Source: Bacteroidota bacterium
Lineage (GTDB): Bacteria; Bacteroidota; Bacteroidia; UKL13-3
Assembly: GCA_040387195.1 (NCBI GenBank)
Contig: JAZKEF010000002.1
Coordinates: forward strand, 64,607 to 128,606
Reading direction: 5' to 3'
DNA length: 64,000 nucleotides
Shown: piece by piece, positions 1 through 9,671 of the stretch
How the letters are laid out: each line of letters starts with the position of its first letter
Position numbering within the stretch: position 1 is the stretch's first letter
Translations under genes and position numbers: made by a program
The notes under the pieces: model-generated
Told to the model about the DNA's origin: nothing
Databases searched by the model: none
What the model saw: the letters and a program-made list of their open reading frames with translations, nothing else

Positions 1-266
1 TAACCGGAAGTACCCGCATGAAAAGTGGCACCGCCCAAAAATTAGTATTGAATATGCTCAGTACTTCGGTGATGATCAAGTTGGGTAAAGTAAAAGGAAA
101 TAAAATGGTAGATATGATGCCTACCAATAACAAGCTGGTTGCCCGCGGTACACAAATGATCATGGACGAAGCCAAGGTAAGTGAGAAAAAAGCGGCTGAG
201 TTACTAAAAAAATACGGCAACGTTCGCAAGGCCGTTGATTCGTTGAAGAAGAAAAAGCAATCTTAA
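1..266 (+). CDS. murQ: N-acetylmuramic acid 6-phosphate etherase, C-terminal part (5' truncated by window)
   Basis: Frame open from window edge: [21 protein letters not shown]...[10 protein letters not shown] is the MurQ signature. Confidence 0.93.
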   Translation, partial: TGSTRMKSGTAQKLVLNMLSTSVMIKLGKVKGNKMVDMMPTNNKLVARGTQMIMDEAKVSEKKAAELLKKYGNVRKAVDSLKKKKQS

Positions 267-275
267 TATTACAAC

Positions 276-947
276 ATGAAAATATTCAAATCCATGTTTC
301 GGATATTGGTTAAACTGCTCCAATCTAAAGATTTGTATTTAACCAAATCGCTTACATTTAGAGGTCGACAACAAGTGCTTCCACCCAATTTTGACTATGT
401 TAGGTTCGCTATGCTAGGATTGATTTCCGAAGAAATTGAGTTTAACAACATAAAGGGAAATGTTGCCGAACTGGGTGTATACAAAGGCGATTTCGCTTAC
501 CGTATCAATCAAACTTTCAGTAAACGCAAACTTTATTTGTTTGATACTTTTGAGGGCTTTGATGAACGTGATATCAGCACCGAACGTAAAATGGGTTATT
601 CAACAGGCGATCAGGATTTCTCTAATACAAGTGTTGAACTCGTTTTGCAAAAAATGCCTTTCCGCAATCAGTGTATCGTTAAAAAAGGGTTCTTTCCCGC
701 TACTGCAGAAGGAATGAATGATACCTTTTGTTTTGTGAGTATTGATACCGATCTCTTCGATTCCATTCTCGAAGGACTTCAATTTTTCTATCCCCGATTG
801 GAAAAAGGCGGATACATTTTTATACACGATTTCAACAACGACTTTTACAAAGGAGCCCGGGAAGCTGTTTTACAATTTTGCACATCACAAGGAATCGCTT
901 ACATCCCTATTCCAGATAGTGGAGGGACAGTGATTCTAAGTAAATAA
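276..947 (+). CDS. TylF/MycF-family (macrocin-type) O-methyltransferase
   Basis: GNVAELGVYKG, LYLFDTFEGF, KGFFP, FVSIDTDL, GGYIFIHDF motifs. Confidence 0.85.
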   Translation: MKIFKSMFRILVKLLQSKDLYLTKSLTFRGRQQVLPPNFDYVRFAMLGLISEEIEFNNIKGNVAELGVYKGDFAYRINQTFSKRKLYLFDTFEGFDERDISTERKMGYSTGDQDFSNTSVELVLQKMPFRNQCIVKKGFFPATAEGMNDTFCFVSIDTDLFDSILEGLQFFYPRLEKGGYIFIHDFNNDFYKGAREAVLQFCTSQGIAYIPIPDSGGTVILSK

Positions 948-1140
948 GAACAAGTTATTGTCGGCTCCCATGGTCGCGCAAAAAACTCTTTCCTATGGCG
1001 CGTGAACATTTGGAGTAATTGAGCTCCTAATATAATCTGCATCAGCGTGTCTGCTATGTAACATCCTGCATATTTATGTCGCTCTGAAAGGGCATTGTTC
1101 CCCCTCTCAAAATCCTACAGTGATTCTCATTCTTTCACCA

Positions 1141-1229
1141 ACTACGGACCATGGTCTGCGGACTATGGACCTTCCCTGCGACAACTCCAACCGGCAACTT
1201 CCCCAATTCAACCTCTCAAATCTCAAATT
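1141..1229. repeat. Short tandem heptamer repeats
   Basis: actacgg-accatgg-tctgcgg-actatgg at 1141-1168, then tcaa-containing units such as ctcaaat-ctcaaat before trmB. Confidence 0.6.
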
Positions 1230-1255
1230 GATTCCGTTATCTTCGCGGGCTGATT

Positions 1256-1900
1256 ATGGCAAAAAGAAAATTGCAGCAGTTTGCTGAGTTTAAAACATTC
1301 GATAAAACATTCGATTTTCCCTATGATTTAAAAGGGAAATGGAAGCAGGAGGTGTTTCAGAACGACCATCCGCTTGTACTTGAATTGGGGTGCGGTAAAG
1401 GTGAGTATACCGTTGCTCTGAGCAAACAGTATCCCGAAAAAAACTTTCTGGGCATTGATATCAAAAGTAACCGCATGTGGCGTGGTGCACTTACTGCCAA
1501 AGAGCAGGGAATTACCAATGCAGGGTTTATCCGGATGATCATTAACAATGTAGCTACCGTTTTTGATGAGCAGGAGGTGGATGAGATCTGGATTACCTTT
1601 CCGGACCCGTTTCCGAAAGACCGCCACGCCAAACATCGCCTCACCAGTCCCAATTTCATTAAGCTGTATAAAGAAATTCTAAAGCCGGGAGGTATTGTTA
1701 ATTTTAAAACAGATGATACTCCCTTGTTTGAATATTCGCTTGAGGTATTAACCGAACTCAACATTACTCCCGATGAAGTAAATTGGGATGTGCATGGCAA
1801 TACCGATTCGCATCCGCACCTTCGTGAGATCAGAACGTATTACGAAAATAAATTCTCGGCACAGGGTCGCACCATTAAGTATCTTCGTTATACCTTATAA
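1256..1900 (+). CDS. trmB: tRNA (guanine-N7)-methyltransferase
   Basis: LELGCGKG, GIDIK, ITFPDPFPK.RH, FKTDD, TYYE.KF motifs. Confidence 0.95.
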   Translation: MAKRKLQQFAEFKTFDKTFDFPYDLKGKWKQEVFQNDHPLVLELGCGKGEYTVALSKQYPEKNFLGIDIKSNRMWRGALTAKEQGITNAGFIRMIINNVATVFDEQEVDEIWITFPDPFPKDRHAKHRLTSPNFIKLYKEILKPGGIVNFKTDDTPLFEYSLEVLTELNITPDEVNWDVHGNTDSHPHLREIRTYYENKFSAQGRTIKYLRYTL

Positions 1901-2982
1901 TGTCAACACTTTTCCTCAATGGCCAATCCTATTCGTTTGAAAACATCAAACAAAAAGGAACTATGTTGTTGAGTGAGCCGGAGCACACGCACCAATCTTC
2001 GTTTCAATTGATCCGGGATTGGCTTACACATAAACAGTCTTTTCCCTTTACCACATCAGGCTCTACAGGCATTCCAAAATCAATTGAGCTTTCGCGAACC
2101 CAACTGGAGGCCAGCGCTCAGGCAACCATAGATGCTCTTTCACTTACAGCGAATGATCATGTTCTTGTTTGTTTGAATACCTCATTCATTGGAGGTGCCA
2201 TGCTTATCATACGAGCATTGATGGCAGGTGCTTCCATTACCTTGCAGGAACCCTCGGGCAATCCGTTACAATACCTCTCCACTAAACACCCCTATACGTT
2301 TGTTTCATTTGCTCCGATGCAATTGTTTCCGGTACTGCAAAACACTTATGCTGAAAAAGCAAAGCTGAGCCGTTTTAACACTGTTTTAATTGGTGGTGGG
2401 GGTATTGATGCATCATTGGAAAAAGAACTCATTACACTGAACACAAAGACCTATCATACGTATGGCATGACCGAAACAGTAAGCCATATTGCTTTGAAAG
2501 AATTGGGTAAACAGCAATTTTTTGAAGCGTTGCCCGGTGTACAACTCCGAACAGACCATCGCAGTTGTTTGGCTATTTGTTGTGCCGCAACCGATAATGA
2601 ATGGGTCCAAACCAATGACGTTGTAGAGTTGAATGATACACACTCTTTCCATATCTTGGGACGAGCAGATGATGTAATCAATTCGGGTGGAATTAAAATT
2701 TGGCCGGCAACAGTAGAACAGGCATTACGTGAAATACCTGGGTTCGTATTCACAAACATCTGTGTGTTTGGTATACCTGATGCAAAACTGGGTGAGCGAC
2801 TCATTGCTGTAATTGAAACACAAAAACCCGATGAACATTTATTGTCCTCACTCTCTCAGCAATTGGAGTCACGGCTCTCCAAATATGAAATTCCACGTCA
2901 GTATTTCACACTTCCAACTTTCAGTTATACACCAACGGGTAAAATCAATAAAGCTGAGACCTTGAAAATGATAGCGTTATAG
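1900..2982 (+). CDS. menE: AMP-binding enzyme, O-succinylbenzoate-CoA ligase-like
   Basis: TSGSTGIPK, YGMTET, GRADDVINSGGIK, TPTGKI; short Bacteroidota MenE-type length; TAATG coupling with trmB. Confidence 0.75.
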   Translation: MSTLFLNGQSYSFENIKQKGTMLLSEPEHTHQSSFQLIRDWLTHKQSFPFTTSGSTGIPKSIELSRTQLEASAQATIDALSLTANDHVLVCLNTSFIGGAMLIIRALMAGASITLQEPSGNPLQYLSTKHPYTFVSFAPMQLFPVLQNTYAEKAKLSRFNTVLIGGGGIDASLEKELITLNTKTYHTYGMTETVSHIALKELGKQQFFEALPGVQLRTDHRSCLAICCAATDNEWVQTNDVVELNDTHSFHILGRADDVINSGGIKIWPATVEQALREIPGFVFTNICVFGIPDAKLGERLIAVIETQKPDEHLLSSLSQQLESRLSKYEIPRQYFTLPTFSYTPTGKINKAETLKMIAL

Positions 2983-3073
2983 GTTTATTTTGCTTAACCT
3001 TTAATTATCAAAAAAATTACTTCCGCAATAGGTTCAAAATTTTATATTCGCATAAAATTAAACAGATAACACT

Positions 3074-3295
3074 ATGTACTGGACATTAGAATTAGCATCA
3101 CATTTAGATGACGCACCATGGCCCGCTAGTAAAGATGAGCTTATAGATTATGCCATCCGTTCAGGAGCTCCTTTGGAGGTAATTGAAAACTTACAAGAAT
3201 TGGAAGATGATGGTGAGCCATTCGAAAGCATCGAAGAGATCTGGCCGGATTACCCGACTAACGAAGATTATTTTTACAACGAAGACGAATTATAA
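3074..3295 (+). CDS. DUF2795 family small acidic protein
   Basis: MYWTLELASHLDDAPWPASKDELIDYAIRSGAP matches the conserved Bacteroidota DUF2795 pattern. Confidence 0.85.
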   Translation: MYWTLELASHLDDAPWPASKDELIDYAIRSGAPLEVIENLQELEDDGEPFESIEEIWPDYPTNEDYFYNEDEL

Positions 3296-3320
3296 AAAAA
3301 GGGGCTTAAGCCCCTTTTTT
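3295..3320. terminator. Bidirectional intrinsic terminator
   Basis: Perfect palindrome aaaaaa-ggggc-ttaa-gcccc-tttttt between convergent genes. Confidence 0.9.
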
Positions 3321-3332
3321 GTTTTATATCGT

Positions 3333-4490
3333 TTATTCTTCTTCCATTTCCACCGGATCATCAACAACCCATTCCGATTGGTATTTAGCCAATCCTTCGT
3401 GTTTGCGTTCCGTTAAATTCACCGCATAACGCAAGCCTGCTCCCTTGCCAATCACTTTCACCAGGTTCTGTTCTGTGAGTTCGGTAAAATCGCGCTGAAT
3501 GGTCTTGCGGTTGCATTCAAATTCGCTTACCAACTCTTTGGTTGAAATAAATCCACGGTTCTGAATAATATACATAATCAGCTTCTGGCGTTTGTTCAAC
3601 ACCGAATCATCTATCTCTTTTAACCTGTAACCCCGTTCAAATACGTAGTTCATGATATTTTTCTGCCGCGGGTTCAACTTTTCAAAATCAACCTGCTTGC
3701 GGAAATACGAACGCAATAACTGTTTTAACCGCTCCAGTTGCATGCCATACAACTCCATTCCGAAATCAAATTGTTGTTGCTGGTCGCTTATATAATCTGG
3801 TAACTGATCGTCTGTATAATTTTGGTATTCGTGTTTGTTGGCATACAACTCATGTTCTAAACTCAGCAACCCGAATACATCCATTCCCTTTTTCTTTAAC
3901 CAGAAATGCTGAAGTAATGATGCAATCTTGGTGGTGCACTCACTGAACAACCGGATATTGAGCAACCTGAAATGTAAAATCCACGATTGAATGATCGGGG
4001 GAAACTCATCATCGTGATTCATGAACGCGAATAACGACTCCAATTCCATTTCTGCTGTTGGACTTAGCCTTTCAGGAACCCGGGTAGAGTTGGTCGAAAA
4101 CAAATTGATGTCCTCGCGGTTATTGTACAAATCCAGGATCAGAATTTTTTGCAGCTGATACAACATCTGAATACTCAACGGTTCATGTATTACCGAGTTG
4201 AGATACTGCTCAGCTTTCACGTAATGCTCTACCGCCCGTTCATTGATTCCTTTCGGTTTAATATTACCCGTAACAATGTACTTTACGGTTTTAATATCAA
4301 CGATATTGTGAGAAAGTGCATTTGCGTAATAAGCGCGAAGGATGGTGCTGTTTTGCTGTTCAATTATTCTGATGTGATCAGGCAAATCAATGAACTCATA
4401 AATCTTTACCAGCTCATCCTGCAACCGGCAGCTTTGCCAGTGCAAATTCTCTATAAGTATAGCCGGTTCGTATTTACTGGTGAGTATCAT
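3333..4490 (-). CDS. Fic-fold protein with degenerate active site plus C-terminal DeoR-like winged HTH
   Basis: Aligns by eye to Fic scaffold (PPIIQSWILHFRLLNIRLFSECTTKIASLL vs HPxxxAAxAHxxFxxIHPFxDGNGRxxRLL); wHTH ISTKELVSEFECNRKTIQRDFTEL...GKGAGLRY. Confidence 0.7.
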   Translation of the reverse strand: MILTSKYEPAILIENLHWQSCRLQDELVKIYEFIDLPDHIRIIEQQNSTILRAYYANALSHNIVDIKTVKYIVTGNIKPKGINERAVEHYVKAEQYLNSVIHEPLSIQMLYQLQKILILDLYNNREDINLFSTNSTRVPERLSPTAEMELESLFAFMNHDDEFPPIIQSWILHFRLLNIRLFSECTTKIASLLQHFWLKKKGMDVFGLLSLEHELYANKHEYQNYTDDQLPDYISDQQQQFDFGMELYGMQLERLKQLLRSYFRKQVDFEKLNPRQKNIMNYVFERGYRLKEIDDSVLNKRQKLIMYIIQNRGFISTKELVSEFECNRKTIQRDFTELTEQNLVKVIGKGAGLRYAVNLTERKHEGLAKYQSEWVVDDPVEMEEE

Positions 4491-4622
4491 CTACACCAAA
4501 ACTATACTGAATACTTAAGCTAACGAAATAAGGGACTCAGCCAAAAGCGGTGGATATTGATGGTTACAGCATTGTTATCTGTTAACGATTTGGTAAGATG
4601 ACCGTAATACAAGGGCCTGCCC

Positions 4623-4700
4623 CTGTTGCACAAAATTAGACAGCCCTAAAAAACCGTGTGAATAATTGGTTTTAAAGGGGTTCCCGGTTTGGTGCAACAG
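4623..4700. repeat. 78-bp imperfect inverted repeat (MITE-like or IS-end relic)
   Basis: 33-bp arms, 24/33 complementary, outer 9 bp perfect (ctgttgcac...gtgcaacag), 12-nt spacer. Confidence 0.6.
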
Positions 4701-4745
4701 TTACGCCTCTGTAATGATGCTTTACCATCACTATATCTTGCTCTT

Positions 4746-5738
4746 TTATTCGGTGATGATAAACTTTATTACCTCACGATTTCCCTGGTAATCTTCGATA
4801 GCACAAAAATAAACCCCGGCATTTAAACCTGCTATTTCTGTAGCTCCGTCAAACTCGGTTTGTGTATGCACCAGTAATCCCTGAGCGTTAAATATGTTGA
4901 GCATACCTGCAAAATTATTGGCCGTTACATTCACTACTCCATTGGAGGGATTAGGATAAACGTTCAGCGAATGATTGACAGCACTTATGCTGGCAACCCC
5001 TGTTGCAACTTTTTCGGTGTTATACAATGTAATTACATCGGCATCGGTAAATGCATAATTGTAAATACGGATATCATCAAGAGTGCCTTTGAAATATTGA
5101 AAATTACCGGGTACACGTACTCCAATGTTTCCTTTACAAGGGATGGCATAACCTGCCTTCCATATTTTTAACGTATCCTCCCCGATCTTCACACCATCAA
5201 TAAACAAGCTCAATTTTCTTCTCACCGTATCGCGAACTGCCACTAGATGATACCATTGATTGGTTTGTGGCAAACTTCCCTTTTTCACTATGTTGGGAGG
5301 TAATGGAAATTGTGACGGGTTTGTATAGCTTCCTGCAGCAAACCCGGTGAGTACTGGTGTAGAATACTGATTTCCCAGAAAAATATGTTGGTCTCCTATT
5401 GCACTGCCATTGCCAATTGACAACAAAGCCATTCCAGCACCGCTTGCGGGTAGATTGGCAATTTTTGCCCAAACGGAATAGGTGTAATTATTGTTTTGCA
5501 AAGCAATTGTTGGAATATCAATCATTCCATTGCCATTAAAGCTGTAGGCCTTACCTGCCATACCAAACCTGTCGGTTGTGAGAACCACATTTGAATCCCT
5601 GCCATCATAACCATTTCCACTAGAATCGGCAGCATTGCCGCTAAATGGATAATACGCTACAAGGTTTTGTGCTTGCACCAATTGCATAGATAAAATTAAC
5701 AACAGCACAGTGGCTGATTTCGAGTAAATTGTTTTCAT
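4746..5738 (-). CDS. LamG/concanavalin-like domain protein with T9SS type A sorting domain
   Basis: Signal peptide from MKTIYSK (5738); LVAYYPFSGNAADSSGNG, WYHLVAV, FKGTLDDIRIYN; CTD VYPNPSNG...GVYF...KFII. Confidence 0.88.
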   Translation of the reverse strand: MKTIYSKSATVLLLILSMQLVQAQNLVAYYPFSGNAADSSGNGYDGRDSNVVLTTDRFGMAGKAYSFNGNGMIDIPTIALQNNNYTYSVWAKIANLPASGAGMALLSIGNGSAIGDQHIFLGNQYSTPVLTGFAAGSYTNPSQFPLPPNIVKKGSLPQTNQWYHLVAVRDTVRRKLSLFIDGVKIGEDTLKIWKAGYAIPCKGNIGVRVPGNFQYFKGTLDDIRIYNYAFTDADVITLYNTEKVATGVASISAVNHSLNVYPNPSNGVVNVTANNFAGMLNIFNAQGLLVHTQTEFDGATEIAGLNAGVYFCAIEDYQGNREVIKFIITE

Positions 5739-5944
5739 AGGTATTGTATTTAATAATGATACAATTATAGCCAAACTTATAGAATACTTTATAATGCCTT
5801 TCCTGCTTTTGTCATAAATTATACATTTTAAGAAAACATTAAACAATGGCGAAGAGTGTTGATAAAACTGATCGCTACAACCATTATGTTGGGTACGAAC
5901 CCATCTAAGCAGGATTAAGTTTTAAGAAAAACGGTTCATTATTC

Positions 5945-5952
5945 TACATTTG
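5945..5952 (+). promoter_or_regulatory. Bacteroidota primary-sigma -7 element for response regulator operon
   Basis: TACATTTG fits TAnnTTTG, 18 nt upstream of ATG. Confidence 0.55.
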
Positions 5953-5970
5953 TTAAAATAAGAAAAACGC

Positions 5971-6678
5971 ATGCAAAAGGAACAATTACCTCACTTGTTA
6001 TTGGTTGAAGACGAAAGCAGCCTGGGTTTTTTGCTGAAAGAAAATTTACGACTTGCCGGATTTAATATTAAACTCTGCAAGGATGGAGTCGAAGGTTTCG
6101 AGACCTTTAAGAAGGAAAAGTTTGACCTTTGCATCTTTGATGTAAACATGCCCAAAAAGAATGGTTTCGAACTCGCCACAGACGTGCGTGCCATGAATAA
6201 ATTTGTTCCTATCATATTTTTAACTGCCAACTCTTCGGAAGAAGATAAACTCAAGGGCTTTGATATTGGTGGCGATGAATACATCACTAAACCATTCAGC
6301 ACGCAGGAGTTGATTGCTCGCATCAAGGCTATTATTAAACGCAGCCAGTTTGCACAGCCCGAGTTAGCTGTTGAACAGGAATTGCTCACTGCTGGTATTA
6401 CTGAAGTGGATGTTACGCACCATTTATTGAAACAAAACGGGCAGGAAAAACGAATCAGTACCACAGAAGCCGAATTGTTAAAACTGTTCATCAACAATAA
6501 GAACAATTTACTTACGCGAAATGTAATTCTGCTGAACGTTTGGGGGCGCGATGATTTTTATACAGCCCGTAACCTGGATGTATATATTAACAAACTCCGG
6601 AAGCTGCTGAAAGAAGATCCTTCACTCGAAATTGTGAATATTCACGGATCAGGGTTTAAATTAGCAGAAAATGCCTGA
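5971..6678 (+). CDS. OmpR/PhoB-family response regulator
   Basis: LLVEDE, DVNMPKKNG, FLTA, YITKPF; wHTH VWG...RNLDVYINKLRK...GSGF. Confidence 0.95.
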   Translation: MQKEQLPHLLLVEDESSLGFLLKENLRLAGFNIKLCKDGVEGFETFKKEKFDLCIFDVNMPKKNGFELATDVRAMNKFVPIIFLTANSSEEDKLKGFDIGGDEYITKPFSTQELIARIKAIIKRSQFAQPELAVEQELLTAGITEVDVTHHLLKQNGQEKRISTTEAELLKLFINNKNNLLTRNVILLNVWGRDDFYTARNLDVYINKLRKLLKEDPSLEIVNIHGSGFKLAENA

Positions 6679-6680
6679 GC

Positions 6681-8732
6681 GTGATTTATAAAAAAGTCGT
6701 TTATTCAGTTCTGCTCCTTTTGTTATTCAGAGGGTATCCATCCTTTGCACAACAATACGATACCGACAGTTTACAACAAATTACCCTTAACGGATCCGAA
6801 AAAGATAAGCTGGCTGCTTTGCAGTTGCTGGCAAATTTATCACGCAACAACAATCCGCAGCAGGCATTGGGTTACCTGAGCCAGGCCATCGATAAAGCCA
6901 GAATATTAGGTGACAAGACATCCCTTGCAACCTGCCTTCAGCTTTCGGGCAGCATTGAAAACAGAAACGGCAATTTTCAGCACGCCAAAGAGTTATTTCT
7001 TGAATCGCTTAACCTGTTTGTGGATGCCAATAACAAAAAAGGACAGGCAGATGTGACTGTTGCGCTTTCTGGAATTTATTTCATGCTGGGTAACTTACCC
7101 CTTGCTGCCGATGGGTACCTTCGGGGATTACGTTATTATGAAGAAGTAAACAACAAGGCCGGAATGGTTACCACCCTAAGCGCTCTTGGAAATATTTATG
7201 CACGCCAGAATAATTTCTCCAAATCTATTGAATACAATCTACGCGCACTATCGTTGTACGAAGAATCCTCTGATAAGAATAGAGCTTTAGTCGGGTATGA
7301 TAATATCGGTAATATTTACCTGCGCCAAAACAATCCAAGTAAAGCACGCGAGTATTTTACCAAATCATTGTTGCTGTATACCGAAATGAAAAACGATGTC
7401 GGTATTGCTGCTACACTATTGCATTTAGGCGCTATCGAACAGGCCGGAGGTAAACATGAAGAAGCAGTTATCTTATTCAAACGTTCGCTTGCCATCAGCA
7501 CAAGACTGAAAGCGCAAACGCTCATTGTTTCTACGCTTAATGCTCAGGGGAAATCATATACCCAATTACGCCTGTACGACCAGGCCATTGATTGTTTCCG
7601 AAGGTCAATCAATATCGCTAAAAGCTCAAATATGAAGATTGAGCTGGAAGAATCGTATCAGGGATTAGCCGCAGTATACAAACTTACCAAAGAGCTTGAG
7701 AAGGCAACTACCTTCAGTAACCTGAGTGAGGAGTTGAAAGATTCAATATACAATGACAGCAGCCTCAAAAAACTTACCGACCAACTATTGGTATATGAGT
7801 CGGAAAAGAAACAACAACAAATAGAATTGCTTCACAAAGAGCAACAAATCAGGGAATCGGATCTGACCCGGGAACGGGAAATCCGGACACTTCTCACTAT
7901 TGCTGCCGTGATTCTTGGGGTTTTATTTATCGTACTCGTAATCTTCTCTGTACAAAACAGGCGCATTGCCAAAAGTCTGCGAAAACAGCAGGCCGAGTTG
8001 ATTGAAAAGAATTCCAATATCCTGGAACAAACTGAAAAACTTGATCAGCTCAATAAAGTGAAGGATCGTTTCTTCTCTATCATCTCCCACGATTTGAGAA
8101 ATAACCTTACCACCATGAAATTGTACTTTGATCTGATAAGCAATAAGGATTATGTGCCGCAGGATAATGGTGAGATTACCAAACAAATTTCGGGATCGGT
8201 CGAAAACACGATTGATTTGCTTGAAAATTTACTTGTATGGGCATCCACACAAATCAAAGGTGTTCCCATTCATATTCAAAAGCTCAACGTGCATTCGCTC
8301 TCCGAGGAAAATATTAACCTGCTTAGCGGAAACGCCCATCATAAAAACATTACGTTGCGTAATGAGGTTTCGGAAGATGCACTTGCCTATGGAGATATTG
8401 ATATGATTAACCTGGTGCTCCGCAATTTAATTACCAATGCCATTAAATTTACCCCTGAAAACGGCAGGGTTGTTATTTCCAGCAGTATCGAAAACAATAT
8501 GCGAATCATTTCCATTCAAGATAATGGAATTGGTATCAGCGCTGAGAATCTTGATAAGCTCTTTAACCAGCACCTGCACCCAACCACCAAAGGAACCGCC
8601 AATGAAAAAGGAACCGGATTGGGTTTGATATTATGTAAGGATTTTGTGAACAGGAACAGAGGTGATATATGGGCGGAAAGTCACAAAAATAATGGCACAA
8701 CGTTCTTCTTCTCACTCCCTTTGCAAGCGTAA
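6681..8732 (+). CDS. TPR-sensor membrane histidine kinase
   Basis: Signal/TM, multiple TPRs, TM, H-box IISHDLR, N-box NLITNAIKF, DNGIG, GTGLGL. Confidence 0.93.
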   Translation: MIYKKVVYSVLLLLLFRGYPSFAQQYDTDSLQQITLNGSEKDKLAALQLLANLSRNNNPQQALGYLSQAIDKARILGDKTSLATCLQLSGSIENRNGNFQHAKELFLESLNLFVDANNKKGQADVTVALSGIYFMLGNLPLAADGYLRGLRYYEEVNNKAGMVTTLSALGNIYARQNNFSKSIEYNLRALSLYEESSDKNRALVGYDNIGNIYLRQNNPSKAREYFTKSLLLYTEMKNDVGIAATLLHLGAIEQAGGKHEEAVILFKRSLAISTRLKAQTLIVSTLNAQGKSYTQLRLYDQAIDCFRRSINIAKSSNMKIELEESYQGLAAVYKLTKELEKATTFSNLSEELKDSIYNDSSLKKLTDQLLVYESEKKQQQIELLHKEQQIRESDLTREREIRTLLTIAAVILGVLFIVLVIFSVQNRRIAKSLRKQQAELIEKNSNILEQTEKLDQLNKVKDRFFSIISHDLRNNLTTMKLYFDLISNKDYVPQDNGEITKQISGSVENTIDLLENLLVWASTQIKGVPIHIQKLNVHSLSEENINLLSGNAHHKNITLRNEVSEDALAYGDIDMINLVLRNLITNAIKFTPENGRVVISSSIENNMRIISIQDNGIGISAENLDKLFNQHLHPTTKGTANEKGTGLGLILCKDFVNRNRGDIWAESHKNNGTTFFFSLPLQA

Positions 8733-8755
8733 CTGAAATTGTGTAGATTGGTAAC

Positions 8756-9670
8756 GTGAAATATGCATTTAGCCTTTTACTCCTGTTGCCGCTAACCCTA
8801 TGGGCACAACCCACGCGTTACCTGCTCCTTGCCGATTCACTTTTCAGATCCGGCAAATTTGAACCCTGTATTGAGGCCTGTGACGAGCAACTCAAAACAC
8901 ATTTTGAACAAACTAAAGCATACCTGCTGAAGGCCCGATCTTATATTGAAATGGGTCATTATATCCTTGCCATTGATGAACTGAATTCCTGTATAAAACG
9001 TGATAAGAAAAATGCAGCAGCCTACGCACTCAGAGCTTACTGTCAGTTTATGAACAAGGACTATAAACTTTCTCGGCTTGATTTAATCGAAGCTTGTTAC
9101 CTCGATACCGGAAACGCATTGTACCATTACAACCTGGGCAATATTGAGCAGCATATGAAAAAATACTCTGAGGCCTGTAAAAGTTATGCGCTTGCCATCA
9201 AGTACAAACCGGAATATGCTGAAGCATACAGCAACAGAGGTTTTATCAACCTCGAACGGTATGAATTCACAGAAGCTTTAATGGATATTGATTCCGCACT
9301 CAAGTATAATCGGAACGGAAGCAACGAGGAGTTGTTTTTATACCGGGGAATGACCTTATCGGCACTCAAGAAAAACAAGGAGGCCATTGAGATGTTTAAC
9401 CGCTGCATTTCCATGAAACCTAATCATGCGGCTGCATATTATAACAGGGGCCGGGCGTATTACCAGATTAAAAACTTTAAACCTGCAATTGCCAATTTCG
9501 ACACTGCAATTGCCCTTAAACCTAAATTTGATATTGCCTACTTCAACCGTGCATTGGCCAAAATGGAACTGGACAAACACAATAAGAAAACAGCATGCGA
9601 TGATCTTGGGAAAGCCATTCAACTGGGGTTTTTGGAAGCGCTTCCGTATTTAAAAAAATATTGCGAATAA
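8756..9670 (+). CDS. Exported tetratricopeptide repeat protein
   Basis: Signal peptide; repeated AYxNRG TPR units; ends ACDDLGKAIQLG...YCE. Confidence 0.85.
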   Translation: MKYAFSLLLLLPLTLWAQPTRYLLLADSLFRSGKFEPCIEACDEQLKTHFEQTKAYLLKARSYIEMGHYILAIDELNSCIKRDKKNAAAYALRAYCQFMNKDYKLSRLDLIEACYLDTGNALYHYNLGNIEQHMKKYSEACKSYALAIKYKPEYAEAYSNRGFINLERYEFTEALMDIDSALKYNRNGSNEELFLYRGMTLSALKKNKEAIEMFNRCISMKPNHAAAYYNRGRAYYQIKNFKPAIANFDTAIALKPKFDIAYFNRALAKMELDKHNKKTACDDLGKAIQLGFLEALPYLKKYCE

Positions 9671-9671
9671 A

